A stretch of DNA of 64,000 bases from a virus. The stretch is from positions 1 to 64,000 of IMG/VR virus record IMGVR_UViG_3300028364_000018; one strand, 5' to 3'. Below, in pieces: positions 9,910 to 19,675 of the stretch. How positions within the stretch are numbered: the stretch's first letter is position 1; the number at the start of each line of letters is the position of its first letter. The notes under the pieces were generated by a model. That model made no database searches. It was not told the origin of the DNA and saw only the letters and a program-made list of their open reading frames with translations. The position numbers and the translations under genes are program-made.

Positions 9910-10505
9910 TGAGTAACAGTAAAAAGAAATCTAAAAAACGCCCCAACTCCAAACTATTAGCGGATGAACTACGAGCTCTCCCAGAAGATCAGATGGAGTC
10001 CCGGCTCTTGGAAATCCGAGAGGAAGACCCGGTGCTTAGTGGTCGGGTTATGGGGTACTTAGGCCTTGACTGGGAAGAGCCCGAAGAGGAAGAAGAACCT
10101 TTTCAGCTGGAGCAGGAGCAGGAGGTCATTAAGGGGGTTAACGAGACGGACAAGGCATTCATACAGACCGTAGAGGCTATTCTGGATGTGCAGAACATTC
10201 GCGGACCCCAGCAACTCGCGGCAACACCGACGGAACAGGATATACCCGATCAGGAACAAAAAGGGGTTGAAACCCTAGAAGTACCGGAAGATATTCCCGA
10301 TAGGGTATATCCAGAGGCCTCCGTACTAGGGGTGGCGTCCGCGGTTGATGAACAGCAATCCAAGGATTCGGAGCAGGACTTAGACCAACAACTGGTTAAC
10401 CATCTTGGAGAGTCCAAGGACACCAGCGATCGTCGTAGACGACGTAAGAACTTCTTACGCAACCGCCCAGATAAATCGCGTTATAGCAAACGCTTTAGTC
10501 GTTGA
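9909..10505 (+). CDS. acidic hypothetical protein with basic termini
   Basis: 198 aa; Glu-rich core, Lys/Arg-rich ends. Confidence 0.6.
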   Translation: MSNSKKKSKKRPNSKLLADELRALPEDQMESRLLEIREEDPVLSGRVMGYLGLDWEEPEEEEEPFQLEQEQEVIKGVNETDKAFIQTVEAILDVQNIRGPQQLAATPTEQDIPDQEQKGVETLEVPEDIPDRVYPEASVLGVASAVDEQQSKDSEQDLDQQLVNHLGESKDTSDRRRRRKNFLRNRPDKSRYSKRFSR

Positions 10506-10536
10506 CACCCAAACCCCCCCAGTGTAGAATAATAGC
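10502..10536 (+). promoter_or_regulatory. sigma70-like leaderless promoter
   Basis: TTGACA-17-TAGAAT-6nt-ATG(10537). Confidence 0.7.
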
Positions 10537-10668
10537 ATGAACCACATCAAACCTAAACCTGTTAGATTCACCAAAGTTAAACCCAAACCCATGGTAAAGG
10601 CCAAGCCCGAACCTAAACCCATGGTAAAGGCCAAGCCTTCTCGGAAGGAAGGAAAGGGAGATGAGTAA
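10537..10668 (+). CDS. 43-aa Lys/Pro-rich basic peptide (not in ORF track)
   Basis: MNHIKPKPVRFTKVKPKPMVKAKPEPKPMVKAKPSRKEGKGDE*; internal direct repeat with 30-nt period. Confidence 0.6.
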   Translation: MNHIKPKPVRFTKVKPKPMVKAKPEPKPMVKAKPSRKEGKGDE

Positions 10669-10957
10669 TAGGCTGTACTTAAGCAACTTACTGTTTGACG
10701 TGGATTATATAGAATTGCGGGAGTGGTTGGAAGACGATGACTGGGTAGTGCTGGATGTCTACGTTCCACCTGATCGAGATCATCAAGGGGGTTTCAAGAA
10801 TAAGGGCTACGCCTTTATTGAGTTTGAAACGGAGGAGGAGGCGGAGTCGGCTATCGAAGAGTTAGATGGCGAGCTTGGACCCGGAGGACGCCCAATGAAC
10901 CTATCAGTGGCGCACCCACGACAACAATATGACGAAGGAATTGATTATGAACGGTAA
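10661..10957 (+). CDS. RRM (RNA recognition motif) RNA-binding protein
   Basis: RNP2 LYLSNL and RNP1 KGYAFIEF. Confidence 0.9.
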   Translation: MSNRLYLSNLLFDVDYIELREWLEDDDWVVLDVYVPPDRDHQGGFKNKGYAFIEFETEEEAESAIEELDGELGPGGRPMNLSVAHPRQQYDEGIDYER

Positions 10958-10971
10958 ACGAGGATATTGAT

Positions 10972-11460
10972 ATGGTGAAGGATTTGATATTACCGCCAGG
11001 GTACAGACCACAGGCGCAGCCTGATGGTACGGATGGAGTAACGGTGTTTAAGCGCGGCAAGGTTACTCGGCACATGGAAGATAATACTATGGAGGAATTG
11101 GGATTCCAGGTGCATCCATGGCTCGTACGCCTCCGTATTGAACGCATGTCCCTCGATCTCACCCCGGTCTTCCAGGACTACTATGTACGTGCGCCCGGAG
11201 GCGCGGCGGCCATGATGGCCTCCAAGTTTTGGGAACGGTGGGAAAAGATAGATATGAAAATAGGCAACTATGAGTATCCGGATACATTAGGCGATCAATC
11301 CGTGCAGGCGTTGACAGATAAGGAATATTTGGAGTTATGGAAGTTCGCGAAGGACCTACCACGTGGTGAGTACATGCAATTTGAAGGACCTAAGAATAAC
11401 CCATCGGTATTTACCTTTTGGGAGAGTGGCAAGCCTAGACACAAGGGTAGCAACTTTTAA
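10972..11460 (+). CDS. hypothetical protein
   Basis: 162 aa; GAGG RBS; followed by a terminator. Confidence 0.6.
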   Translation: MVKDLILPPGYRPQAQPDGTDGVTVFKRGKVTRHMEDNTMEELGFQVHPWLVRLRIERMSLDLTPVFQDYYVRAPGGAAAMMASKFWERWEKIDMKIGNYEYPDTLGDQSVQALTDKEYLELWKFAKDLPRGEYMQFEGPKNNPSVFTFWESGKPRHKGSNF

Positions 11461-11483
11461 GGACAGCCAATGGTTGTAACACA

Positions 11484-11507
11484 GGGACACATAAGTGTCC
11501 CTTTTTT
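11484..11507 (+). terminator. intrinsic terminator
   Basis: GGGACAC-ATAA-GTGTCCC followed by a T run. Confidence 0.75.
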
Positions 11508-11516
11508 GTGTCGTGA

Positions 11517-11549
11517 AATAACTGGGTGTATCCCGTTATATATACTTGA
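11517..11549 (+). promoter_or_regulatory. conserved AATAAC-N12-GTTATATATAYTTGA motif, copy 1
   Basis: Same motif at 19532, 27864 and 31234. Confidence 0.7.
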
Positions 11550-11636
11550 AGCCCCTCAATGCATGAGTGACTCCCCTACTGCTTTTCTATCTGGGAGCAG
11601 TCGGGTATCGATACAGGTAAACAGGAGATACTGATT

Positions 11637-12317
11637 ATGTCTAACTTCAATAAAACTAAACATCACAAACCGTTCATCCCCGAAGTCGGAGCACACGCTC
11701 TGTCCGCGGGTGCACTGGGGGAAGCCCTTAACTCTTTAAAGAAAGAGCTACCCCCAGGGCCTGCAAGCCCGAAGGTAAAAAAAGAAAAGGCGCAGGAGCG
11801 TCCGCAACACTTCCTGTGTTGTGCCAGACATGGTTCGGCCTACCTACTCGCGGAGTTCGGTTGTATCCTCCATGAGGATAAATCGGTTGAACTCACCTGC
11901 GCGGCAACCCCGCGGCCCGACCAAGTGGGACATCAGTCTGCGCCCTACTGGATGGACCGGCGGTCCGCCAATTCCGAGGCTGGAGAGAGACAGGCGCGCC
12001 TCCTGGTATTCCGGGGTCCCCACGGCACCTGGTCGCAACTGGGGCCGCTGGAGGGCGCCACCATGCTGCCTGTACAGGCGTTGCCGGCACTCCACCCAAA
12101 CACCCACGCGAGCCTTGCTCGCCGCCTTGCCGGGTTCCTCGGCTTGGAGTTGGGGGCGGAGGAAGGGCAACTCCATGCTGGTGAACCCGTGCAGCTAAGA
12201 TCCTGCACAGGGATCTTCGAGTTCCCGGGATTCACGCCCCGGGACCTGCGGGGTACCCCCCGCGCCATCCGCAAGGTCTTCGAGCACCTAGAGGCCTTGC
12301 GCCTCCAGGAAGCGTAG
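11637..12317 (+). CDS. hypothetical protein (GC-rich 3-prime part)
   Basis: 226 aa; CAGGAG RBS. Confidence 0.5.
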   Translation: MSNFNKTKHHKPFIPEVGAHALSAGALGEALNSLKKELPPGPASPKVKKEKAQERPQHFLCCARHGSAYLLAEFGCILHEDKSVELTCAATPRPDQVGHQSAPYWMDRRSANSEAGERQARLLVFRGPHGTWSQLGPLEGATMLPVQALPALHPNTHASLARRLAGFLGLELGAEEGQLHAGEPVQLRSCTGIFEFPGFTPRDLRGTPRAIRKVFEHLEALRLQEA

Positions 12318-12387
12318 ACCTCACACATGGCCCTCCCCATTTCGGGGAGGGCCTGCAACCAAGGGAATAACATGAGAATTTTTTATT

Positions 12388-12999
12388 ATGTCTGAGGCGG
12401 CTATCACATGCCCGGACCGATCCTTCTTTGAGGAGATGCGCGAATCACTAAGGCACGCTACTGAGGTAGAGCGGATCGTCATACCCTGGGTCATGCCCAC
12501 CCTAAACAAGGCCCAAAACTGGCACCCATTCGCGAGGGCCAAGAATGTCCACATGATCCACGAGGCTGTGAGGCTGTCATCCGAGCATATGTTCGACCGA
12601 GAACCCCTTCCCGATACATGGGAGTGGTTATCGTTGGACAAGGATGGGGCCAGCAGTTGCCCACTGGTATCCGGTTGGGTAAAGTCCAGCTGGTTTATCG
12701 AGGCTTGGCACAAGAGTGTCCTAGGTCGGCGGTCGATAGAGCCGCACGGTACTGGCACCATAATCGAGTTGTTCAAGCTGGAGGATGGACGAACCCACGT
12801 ACACATCCATAGCTTGCTCACCAAGCTACGGGATAGTGACGGGACGTATACCAAACACGCGATCGACGGTCTGGTCCACGCTCAGTTCTTCAAGGATGAT
12901 AGTCCGGAGTACATGACCGGGCCAACCAAAACCCAATCACTAGTCCCCGGTAAAGCCATGGGACTTGTCAAATGGAAAAAACTACAAGGAGCCAAATGA
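12388..12999 (+). CDS. hypothetical protein
   Basis: 203 aa. Confidence 0.6.
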   Translation: MSEAAITCPDRSFFEEMRESLRHATEVERIVIPWVMPTLNKAQNWHPFARAKNVHMIHEAVRLSSEHMFDREPLPDTWEWLSLDKDGASSCPLVSGWVKSSWFIEAWHKSVLGRRSIEPHGTGTIIELFKLEDGRTHVHIHSLLTKLRDSDGTYTKHAIDGLVHAQFFKDDSPEYMTGPTKTQSLVPGKAMGLVKWKKLQGAK

Positions 13000-13379
13000 A
13001 ACTACAACAATTGCAACTAGACTTTGAGAATGCTAAGGTCGAATTTGACCGAGCCTCTCAGAACCTGATGAAGAAGGCCAAGGCCCTGACCAACTACGAC
13101 CCCGACCAGAGGAAAGTAGTCAAGTCCGAGTTATCGGACAAGCGCCGGTTGTTTAATCGGTTGGTCAGGCTATATGCCTACGGGCGGTGCGACCAAAACT
13201 TTGCCCAGGCCTACACCCAGGTCTACGGGCAAATACAAAAGGTGATGAACTATCACCCAATGGACGACCTGCAGAAGTGCGGGGAGACCATGTTGGACTA
13301 CTTGGAGCAGAAGGGGTTCATGGACGTGGCGTTGACCGCAGTTCGGGACCTGAATAAACGTGGATTAAAAACTAACTAA
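12996..13379 (+). CDS. hypothetical protein (N-terminal coiled coil)
   Basis: Likely start MKLQQL at 12996 (AGGAG RBS, ATGA overlap). Confidence 0.6.
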   Translation: MKLQQLQLDFENAKVEFDRASQNLMKKAKALTNYDPDQRKVVKSELSDKRRLFNRLVRLYAYGRCDQNFAQAYTQVYGQIQKVMNYHPMDDLQKCGETMLDYLEQKGFMDVALTAVRDLNKRGLKTN

Positions 13380-13519
13380 GGATCAGCTATGTGTAAATTT
13401 GAAGCAGTAGACAATGGTAAGAAGAAGATAGGCGAGTTTTTCACCCTGAAGGATATGGGTTGGCGAGTAGGCCAACCATTCTACTGGAAAGACAGCCCGT
13501 GGTTCGGGCGGTCAGTTAC

Positions 13520-13584
13520 GGTCAGGCGTGTGGCCTGACCACCCTGTTGAGCGCGCTAGGCCCAAACCAAGCGCGCTCAACAGG
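13520..13584. repeat. two abutting inverted repeats (8-bp and perfect 15-bp arms)
   Basis: GGTCAGGC/GCCTGACC then CCTGTTGAGCGCGCT/AGCGCGCTCAACAGG. Confidence 0.8.
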
Positions 13585-13629
13585 TTAATCTTTAAGGAGT
13601 AATAACGGTTAGACTCCGTTTTATATATC

Positions 13630-13935
13630 ATGACAAAAGTAATTTATAAGATACAGTACAACGATTTCAGGGACGGGGACGAACCAGTCGCATTCTTCCC
13701 GGAAGAACCAGGCAATCAAAGCCCCTACACCTGCATGTGCTACCAGCATCTAGGGCAGCACAGCGCGGCCTGCGTGCAGTACGCAGCTGGCTTGAGGCCA
13801 GCCACGCCCGAGCAGTATCAGCGACTGCATTGGGAGTTGACGAAGATCGTCGGCTATACAGACCTGAAGGTGGTGAAGCGCTTCACACAGAAAAGTCAGG
13901 AAATCAGAAAACAGAAACTAGAACAATGGAAATAA
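13630..13935 (+). CDS. hypothetical early-type protein
   Basis: 101 aa; YQHLGQHS motif of a type seen in mobile-element early genes. Confidence 0.6.
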   Translation: MTKVIYKIQYNDFRDGDEPVAFFPEEPGNQSPYTCMCYQHLGQHSAACVQYAAGLRPATPEQYQRLHWELTKIVGYTDLKVVKRFTQKSQEIRKQKLEQWK

Positions 13936-13936
13936 A

Positions 13937-14944
13937 ATGATTAAGAAATTTATGGTTTATCAGGCACCAAAAGAACTGAAAGAAGATGATTTATTGGCGG
14001 AGATGGGGAATTACCCCTGCCGCGTACCCACATCAGAGGTGACAACGGGTTGGGCTGGGGGGTACGCAATCTCCGAACCTGCGGATGAGCAAAACAGCTT
14101 ACTAGGCTCGCAGCTTTACGTGCAGTTGGTGGAGGGAGAGCGGAAGGTACCCCCCACGATTATCAAGGCCATGATGGGTAAAGTTAAGAAAGTCAGACTG
14201 AAGCAAACAGGACAGGAATACCTGGGTCGCAAGGAGTTGGCGGAGCTCAAGAAGGAAGTGATGGACACTCTTCTGGAGCAGACGTTGCCGAGCTATGATG
14301 GTATGACAGTGGTCCGCGCCGACCGGGATCGGTATCTGGTGGAGACCACATCCGAAAATAAAATCGATAAGATGGTGGCGTTTCTAAGAGACGCGGCGGG
14401 CGTTCGGTTTGTACCATGTACACCCGAGGCTCTTTTGGGTGGAAAAGCGATACGGGCCTTGTCGTTCGGAGGGGTTGGGGACGCAGCGGGCACAGGCCTT
14501 GGGTCCGATTTCTTTACCTACCTACTGATGCGGAGCCAAGCGTGTGGCGATGACCAGATCCTGATTGAAGGCCCCCTACACTTCGCGGGCGAAGGTAGCG
14601 GCGCCCATCAGGTGGTGGTGAGTAAGGGGAATCCTTTTGCTGCAGATGAGTACAAGGCGGCTTTGAAGGATGGTAAGCGGTTAGTCAAAGCCAAGATCTC
14701 TATCGGAATGGGCGAGGAAGTCCTTAGTTGTACATTCAACTCTGAGCTGTTCGCCCTGACCTCCATCAAGTATCCGTCTAAGGACCTGACAGCAGATCGG
14801 CTTAGCCAGAATCAGACACAAGTTCAACAAGGGATAGGCGCTGCTGATGTACTATTTGGCAAATTCCAAGAGTTCTGCAAGCGTATGCGCAAGGATCCTG
14901 CAAAGGTTAATGCGGAGATGCAAGACTGGGTCGATCAACTTTAG
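13937..14944 (+). CDS. rdgC: recombination-associated protein RdgC
   Basis: 335 aa; ERKVPP..IK, LGRKELAELKKEV..TLL, LGSDFFTYL and ALKDGKRLVKAKI pattern. Confidence 0.7.
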   Translation: MIKKFMVYQAPKELKEDDLLAEMGNYPCRVPTSEVTTGWAGGYAISEPADEQNSLLGSQLYVQLVEGERKVPPTIIKAMMGKVKKVRLKQTGQEYLGRKELAELKKEVMDTLLEQTLPSYDGMTVVRADRDRYLVETTSENKIDKMVAFLRDAAGVRFVPCTPEALLGGKAIRALSFGGVGDAAGTGLGSDFFTYLLMRSQACGDDQILIEGPLHFAGEGSGAHQVVVSKGNPFAADEYKAALKDGKRLVKAKISIGMGEEVLSCTFNSELFALTSIKYPSKDLTADRLSQNQTQVQQGIGAADVLFGKFQEFCKRMRKDPAKVNAEMQDWVDQL

Positions 14945-14964
14945 AGTTAATATTAGGATAATTT

Positions 14965-15186
14965 ATGACATACACAGAAGAGGTATTCGAGTATTTAGGA
15001 TTTCATGCACCCACGGCGCGGTATAGAAAGGTGGATCCGCGTGGACATGAATACGGTTATTTTACAGTGGAAGAAATGGCCCAGCATTATGCGGTGCAGA
15101 AGTTTAGTGCCTGCAATGACTTACAATGGGAGTGTCGCTTTACTAATACGGAGGACCTAAAGGCTTGGGCGCAGGAGTGTACATGA
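14965..15186 (+). CDS. hypothetical protein
   Basis: 73 aa; TAGGA RBS. Confidence 0.5.
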   Translation: MTYTEEVFEYLGFHAPTARYRKVDPRGHEYGYFTVEEMAQHYAVQKFSACNDLQWECRFTNTEDLKAWAQECT

Positions 15187-15319
15187 GTGGAACACATCTT
15201 AGCAGTCTGGTGTTGGTCATCCTTATATGTGCGGGAACGTTGCTATCGGTTATGTTGGTTGTCAAGTTGGGACAGGTGGGTACGTATGTACGGAATAAAT
15301 TTCAAACCAAAAGGTGGTT

Positions 15320-16168
15320 ATGTCGGAATATTTCGAAGAAGAAGTAGTTGAAGAGGGGGTTGTCATCAGGCTCTACCCAGACCAGGATGCGGAGGACCCG
15401 ACAGAGTGGTTGTTCGACGGAGGACTAACACTCCACGCATTCTCCCGGAACTACAGGCTGGGTGAGTCCCCGTTTAAGAACCCAGAGGATCTGGAGGAGT
15501 ACATGAAAGAGGTTTGGACGGACAAGGCCGAGGAGTTGTTTCCAGATCGTGTAGGTGAGCAAGCAGTCCTTCTATACTGGGACGGCGAGCTAAAACTCCG
15601 AGTTAAGCAGGTTTACCTTAGATGCGAGGATGAAGATACGGACGACACAGAAGTACTGAAGGCCTATTTTCTGAAAGATACTGATTATTACCTGGATCCT
15701 GATGAGTGTAGTTGGCGGGACCATCTAACAGCAGACGAACAACTAGAGGTGGAGAACGCGGCTAACAGCTTGTTCTTCCCTGTCTATCTCTACGACCATA
15801 GTGGGATCTCCATCAGCATGGGGCCGTTTGGGTGTCCATGGGATAGCGGGCAGGTCGGTTATATCGAGGCCGACCGGCAACGGCTGGTCAGGAACGGTTG
15901 GAAGATCGAGGACCTGACAAACGCTAAGTTAGAGGAATTGGCACAGTCAGCTATTGAAACCTATGATCAGTACCTCACGGGAGATGTGTGGGTGGTGACC
16001 ATCGAGTGGAAGTCAGATGACCCGGACGATCCACAGGAGTTCGAGGACAGTTGTGGGGGCTTCTACGGAGACGACCACGCTTGGGAAGATGGGCGGATCA
16101 TGGCGCAGGGTGTGGTGGAGCAGGTGCGGGAATACAAACAAAATAAGTGCGTAGGAGCGGGAATTTGA
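15320..16168 (+). CDS. acidic early-type protein with YDHSG...WDSGQVG motif
   Basis: PVYLYDHSGISISMGPFGCPWDSGQVGYI, a recurring motif in phage/ICE early genes. Confidence 0.65.
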   Translation: MSEYFEEEVVEEGVVIRLYPDQDAEDPTEWLFDGGLTLHAFSRNYRLGESPFKNPEDLEEYMKEVWTDKAEELFPDRVGEQAVLLYWDGELKLRVKQVYLRCEDEDTDDTEVLKAYFLKDTDYYLDPDECSWRDHLTADEQLEVENAANSLFFPVYLYDHSGISISMGPFGCPWDSGQVGYIEADRQRLVRNGWKIEDLTNAKLEELAQSAIETYDQYLTGDVWVVTIEWKSDDPDDPQEFEDSCGGFYGDDHAWEDGRIMAQGVVEQVREYKQNKCVGAGI

Positions 16169-16551
16169 ACAGAGAAGAATTAGAAGAGAGGTTGGCGGAG
16201 ATTGAGGCGGAGCAGCTAGAGGCGCAGCAGAGTCGGGACGATGCACAAGCTGAAATAGACCTGTTCGAGGGCGAACCTAACGAGGAGGTCGAGCGTCAGT
16301 ACGATGAGGCACTTGACGCGGGTTATGAACTACCGTTCGACTGGAGTTGTAGCCGCGTCATGCAGGAGATGGATCCCACAATGTACCGGTGTGGGCTCAA
16401 TGACTACCACGACAGCGTTGTCAAAGATAAAGGCTGCGGGCTGGATGATCTCTACGTCAACCTAGAGGAGCAGGAGGATATACTGCGGGTTCTAAGCGAC
16501 GAGCAGGAAGATCTGCAAGCTGAGCTGGAGTATCTCGATGAAGAAGAATGA
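16147..16551 (+). CDS. acidic coiled-coil hypothetical protein
   Basis: 134 aa; very Glu/Asp-rich. Confidence 0.6.
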   Translation: MRRSGNLNREELEERLAEIEAEQLEAQQSRDDAQAEIDLFEGEPNEEVERQYDEALDAGYELPFDWSCSRVMQEMDPTMYRCGLNDYHDSVVKDKGCGLDDLYVNLEEQEDILRVLSDEQEDLQAELEYLDEEE

Positions 16552-17359
16552 ATGGTCGTTCTTTGAGCAGGTACGATTCAACACCGGTAGACAGCTATGC
16601 GACTCTGGAGGGGCCTACGGGCGCCACCACGAGCGCCCGGCTGTCCCGTGGTCCTCACAAGGCATAGTCAGCTGGAACGCAGGAGAGAGCCCTACAATTA
16701 GCTTACCGGTCTATCTATTTGAGCATTATGATATACGACAGGACTTGATGGAGCGCTTCTGGGAATGGAAAGACTTGGAAGAGAACCAGGACCTCGACTG
16801 GTTTGAACTTGGTTGGAACTTTATGAAATCCCAAGGGTTTGTACCGCGGTTGTCCGGCAATAGCTATAATGAGGACAACGATCTGGATCAGGACTACGTG
16901 TATCATGCGTGCCTGCCTGAAGACAACTCAGAAGATCCTCTATACGCAGAAGGAGCGGTTGTGATGATCTACACCCACAACGGTTGTGACATCCGGGGAG
17001 GCTATGCGTACCCCATGTTCTGCGAAGCGCGGGATGAATATAACGTACCGACGGAGCTATGCGCGCAGATCCAAGTGGAAGAAGCGAGACCTCCCAGACC
17101 CAAGAAACCAACGCCGGTAGAGTTGTTTGTGTACGCGGGCCTAGAGCCAGCGCCAAGTGTTGCTCCTATCGCTCACGACTACGACCAATTGTGTTCGGAT
17201 ACGGGCGAGCTTTGGTACGGGCACCGCCCTGAGTACTACGAGCTGGAGAAGCATGTTCGGCGTTGGTTTGAGTGGACAAGAACCCAGGACAGTGTTTGTG
17301 TATTGATGAATTCTGGGGTGGTCTGCAAACTCCGAGCTGTTATGCCGGAGGTCAGTTAA
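16538..17359 (+). CDS. hypothetical early-type protein
   Basis: 273 aa; NTG..LCDSGGAYGR and HNGCDIRGGY motifs. Confidence 0.65.
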   Translation: MKKNEWSFFEQVRFNTGRQLCDSGGAYGRHHERPAVPWSSQGIVSWNAGESPTISLPVYLFEHYDIRQDLMERFWEWKDLEENQDLDWFELGWNFMKSQGFVPRLSGNSYNEDNDLDQDYVYHACLPEDNSEDPLYAEGAVVMIYTHNGCDIRGGYAYPMFCEARDEYNVPTELCAQIQVEEARPPRPKKPTPVELFVYAGLEPAPSVAPIAHDYDQLCSDTGELWYGHRPEYYELEKHVRRWFEWTRTQDSVCVLMNSGVVCKLRAVMPEVS

Positions 17360-17695
17360 GTGGCGGGTAAAGGAGGTGCCGACAGTAGAAGCCCCGACCT
17401 TCGGGCTCGGTCTGATAGCTGGGATCGGATATACCGCGGACTTTATTCGACGCAGGATATGCTGCAGGCTCTGCAGGACGAAAAGGGATTATCTTTCACT
17501 CAGGAACAGAAGGGCGTACTTCACCGTTTTTACAAGGATGGCGAAGGGCGCATCTCCTATCACAAGGCAGGCCCTGGGTCCTCGTTTATGACAGCTACCT
17601 TACTGAAGCTAAGGGATGTACAGGAGATCGTAGAAGATCAGGGATTTGAACAAAACAACAAATGGAAAATACATGGAAGAACAAACAAAAGATAG
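17360..17695 (+). CDS. hypothetical protein
   Basis: 111 aa; GGAGG RBS. Confidence 0.5.
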   Translation: MAGKGGADSRSPDLRARSDSWDRIYRGLYSTQDMLQALQDEKGLSFTQEQKGVLHRFYKDGEGRISYHKAGPGSSFMTATLLKLRDVQEIVEDQGFEQNNKWKIHGRTNKR

Positions 17696-17870
17696 GTTAT
17701 TGAGCGTTTTAGGTCACGTGTGCCAGGCTGGCGCGGAGGGAGCAAGACTCGGAGGTAAATTTCTGGGTTGGGCTGGAAAAGAGCTGGGAACCGGCTTGGA
17801 TAAGGCTGCAGATCGCGTCAAGGACAAACGTAAAAAATCGACTTTGTCGGACTAGATTCTCACCACGGTC

Positions 17871-17910
17871 CACTTACGTGCCCACTTTCACCCGAGTGGG
17901 CACGTAAGTG
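17871..17910. repeat. perfect 16-bp inverted repeat with 8-nt loop
   Basis: CACTTACGTGCCCACT-ttcacccg-AGTGGGCACGTAAGTG in an intergenic gap. Confidence 0.85.
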
Positions 17911-17953
17911 ACACCCCTATTTTAGCTTACAAACCCTTTATACATAAGGTTAT

Positions 17954-18322
17954 ATGAAAGAATTTAAGAAAATGACGGAGCCCATGACCACCCCGGGAGA
18001 AGAGGAGATTGATGCGTCGGTGTTTAAAGAGGACCTAGAGTGCTTGAGTGAGTTGCATTGGATAGTAGCTTACTGCCAGGAAATCCTCCAGGACAACCCT
18101 GAGTGGTTCGTTGATGACGAGGGGAATCAAGGTGGAGTGCCTCTTACTATCGGTGTGTCGGCAGATGGTGAGTCCTGTGGTTGGCAAACGGGGGACAACA
18201 GTTATACAGGTGGCGCCTATAGCTACCCGCATTGGGCTGTGACAGAGGTGTACGCAGATACGACCTGGGAAGAACTTTTGGAAGAACTTAAACAACAGAT
18301 TTTGGAGCTTGCAGTATGGTAG
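17954..18322 (+). CDS. acidic hypothetical protein
   Basis: 122 aa. Confidence 0.6.
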   Translation: MKEFKKMTEPMTTPGEEEIDASVFKEDLECLSELHWIVAYCQEILQDNPEWFVDDEGNQGGVPLTIGVSADGESCGWQTGDNSYTGGAYSYPHWAVTEVYADTTWEELLEELKQQILELAVW

Positions 18323-19116
18323 CAGAAAACAATGATAGATTAAGTAACGGGTGTATAAATCCGCACGCTTTCGACTGGATGGCGGCGAACACCAAGAGAG
18401 CTCAAGACCCCCGCCTCCAACAATGGATGGCTGATTTCTTAGATGAGAACAAGGTCACTAAGATAGTTAGCTTTCCAGGTGCTCATTGGTGCTTTGAGCA
18501 GTCTGTGGCACGGGCATTCCCTGCCTTTAACTTTGAGTTCATAGGTATAGAGCAGAACCCAGAGGTACATACGGACATGGTGGAATTCGCTAAAGTGAAC
18601 AGCCCCTTATTCCCCAACGCGGTATTTAAACCCTACAAAGAGCACCCGTGTACAACCCAAGAGTTTCTGGACGACGCGCAGGGGGATGACTGCGATGTGC
18701 TGTATTTTGATTACCTGGGAACATGGTCTTTGGAAAAGCAAGCGCACTTAGATATTGTGGCCCGGAAGAGAGTATGTAAGGCTTTATTCCTTACCATAAT
18801 GCTCAACAGAGGGCAGCCTGCGGTGAACGAGCCCATAGCCAAAGCAATGCAACTAATGAAAGAAGCTGAAGGGCATATCCCATACCTACACCTGATTAAT
18901 GTGGACGCACCCCGGCAATCTTTAAAACCAGGAAGCGTCAGTATGATAAAGATAGAGGGGTTACCTGCACGGGTATACGAGCTCTGCCAGAAGCACGGGG
19001 TGACTCCCAGTTTAATAGGTAGCAGCGTATATGATAGCTACCCCAAGATTGAAACAACCCGAATGGCGCCTAACGCAGAAATGAGCCTAGCGTTCGACCT
19101 GACAACAGAGGAATAG
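18316..19116 (+). CDS. possible class I SAM-dependent methyltransferase-like protein
   Basis: IVSFPG..FIGIEQN..DVLYFDY spacing resembles Rossmann MTase motifs I, II and IV. Confidence 0.4.
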   Translation: MVAENNDRLSNGCINPHAFDWMAANTKRAQDPRLQQWMADFLDENKVTKIVSFPGAHWCFEQSVARAFPAFNFEFIGIEQNPEVHTDMVEFAKVNSPLFPNAVFKPYKEHPCTTQEFLDDAQGDDCDVLYFDYLGTWSLEKQAHLDIVARKRVCKALFLTIMLNRGQPAVNEPIAKAMQLMKEAEGHIPYLHLINVDAPRQSLKPGSVSMIKIEGLPARVYELCQKHGVTPSLIGSSVYDSYPKIETTRMAPNAEMSLAFDLTTEE

Positions 19117-19119
19117 CGA

Positions 19120-19536
19120 TTGAATGAACTAGCCGAAGCCTATGATCTATTCCCTGTGAAGTTCCGAACACAGCCGACCAGCATCAGTTGCCAGCACACG
19201 TGTGTAGCGATGCTGGTCGGCGTCGCACCCGCTGAGATCCTACGGCGTTGGCCACAGCAACTCAGCACAACCGATGTACTGAAGGTTCTGGCATCCTACG
19301 GGTACTCCACGTTGTACACCCCTGTGGAGTTCGCTCATATGATCCCTGGCGTTTACCTAGGGACGGTCGGGCAAACGATGGAGCAGTGTCATGCTGTAGT
19401 TCTGGTATCTGGTAACCCCGATATCCCAGGGTATGAGCAACTGATACTGCATGACCCGATGGAGGACGCACCCCAGATTGAACCAGAGGTGGTGGGGGTT
19501 ATCAACGTACTTAAGGTCCTCCCCCCGATGCAATAA
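19120..19536 (+). CDS. C39-like papain-fold peptidase
   Basis: Q(PTSIS)C..TCVAML, HAVVL and LHDP catalytic pattern. Confidence 0.7.
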   Translation: MNELAEAYDLFPVKFRTQPTSISCQHTCVAMLVGVAPAEILRRWPQQLSTTDVLKVLASYGYSTLYTPVEFAHMIPGVYLGTVGQTMEQCHAVVLVSGNPDIPGYEQLILHDPMEDAPQIEPEVVGVINVLKVLPPMQ

Positions 19537-19564
19537 CCCGCCTAACCATGTTATATATATTTGA
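19532..19564 (+). promoter_or_regulatory. conserved AATAAC-N12-GTTATATATAYTTGA motif, copy 2
   Basis: Precedes the ncRNA/tRNA/tmRNA cluster. Confidence 0.7.
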
Positions 19565-19675
19565 TGCCCCAACAAGTGAAAAAACCAAAGCTCCCGGTTC
19601 GCCGGGACTTCACTGTGGATCGTCGTGGCGTCGTGCTCACACCAAGTGAGTTACTGGCGTTGCGTCACCCACGCT

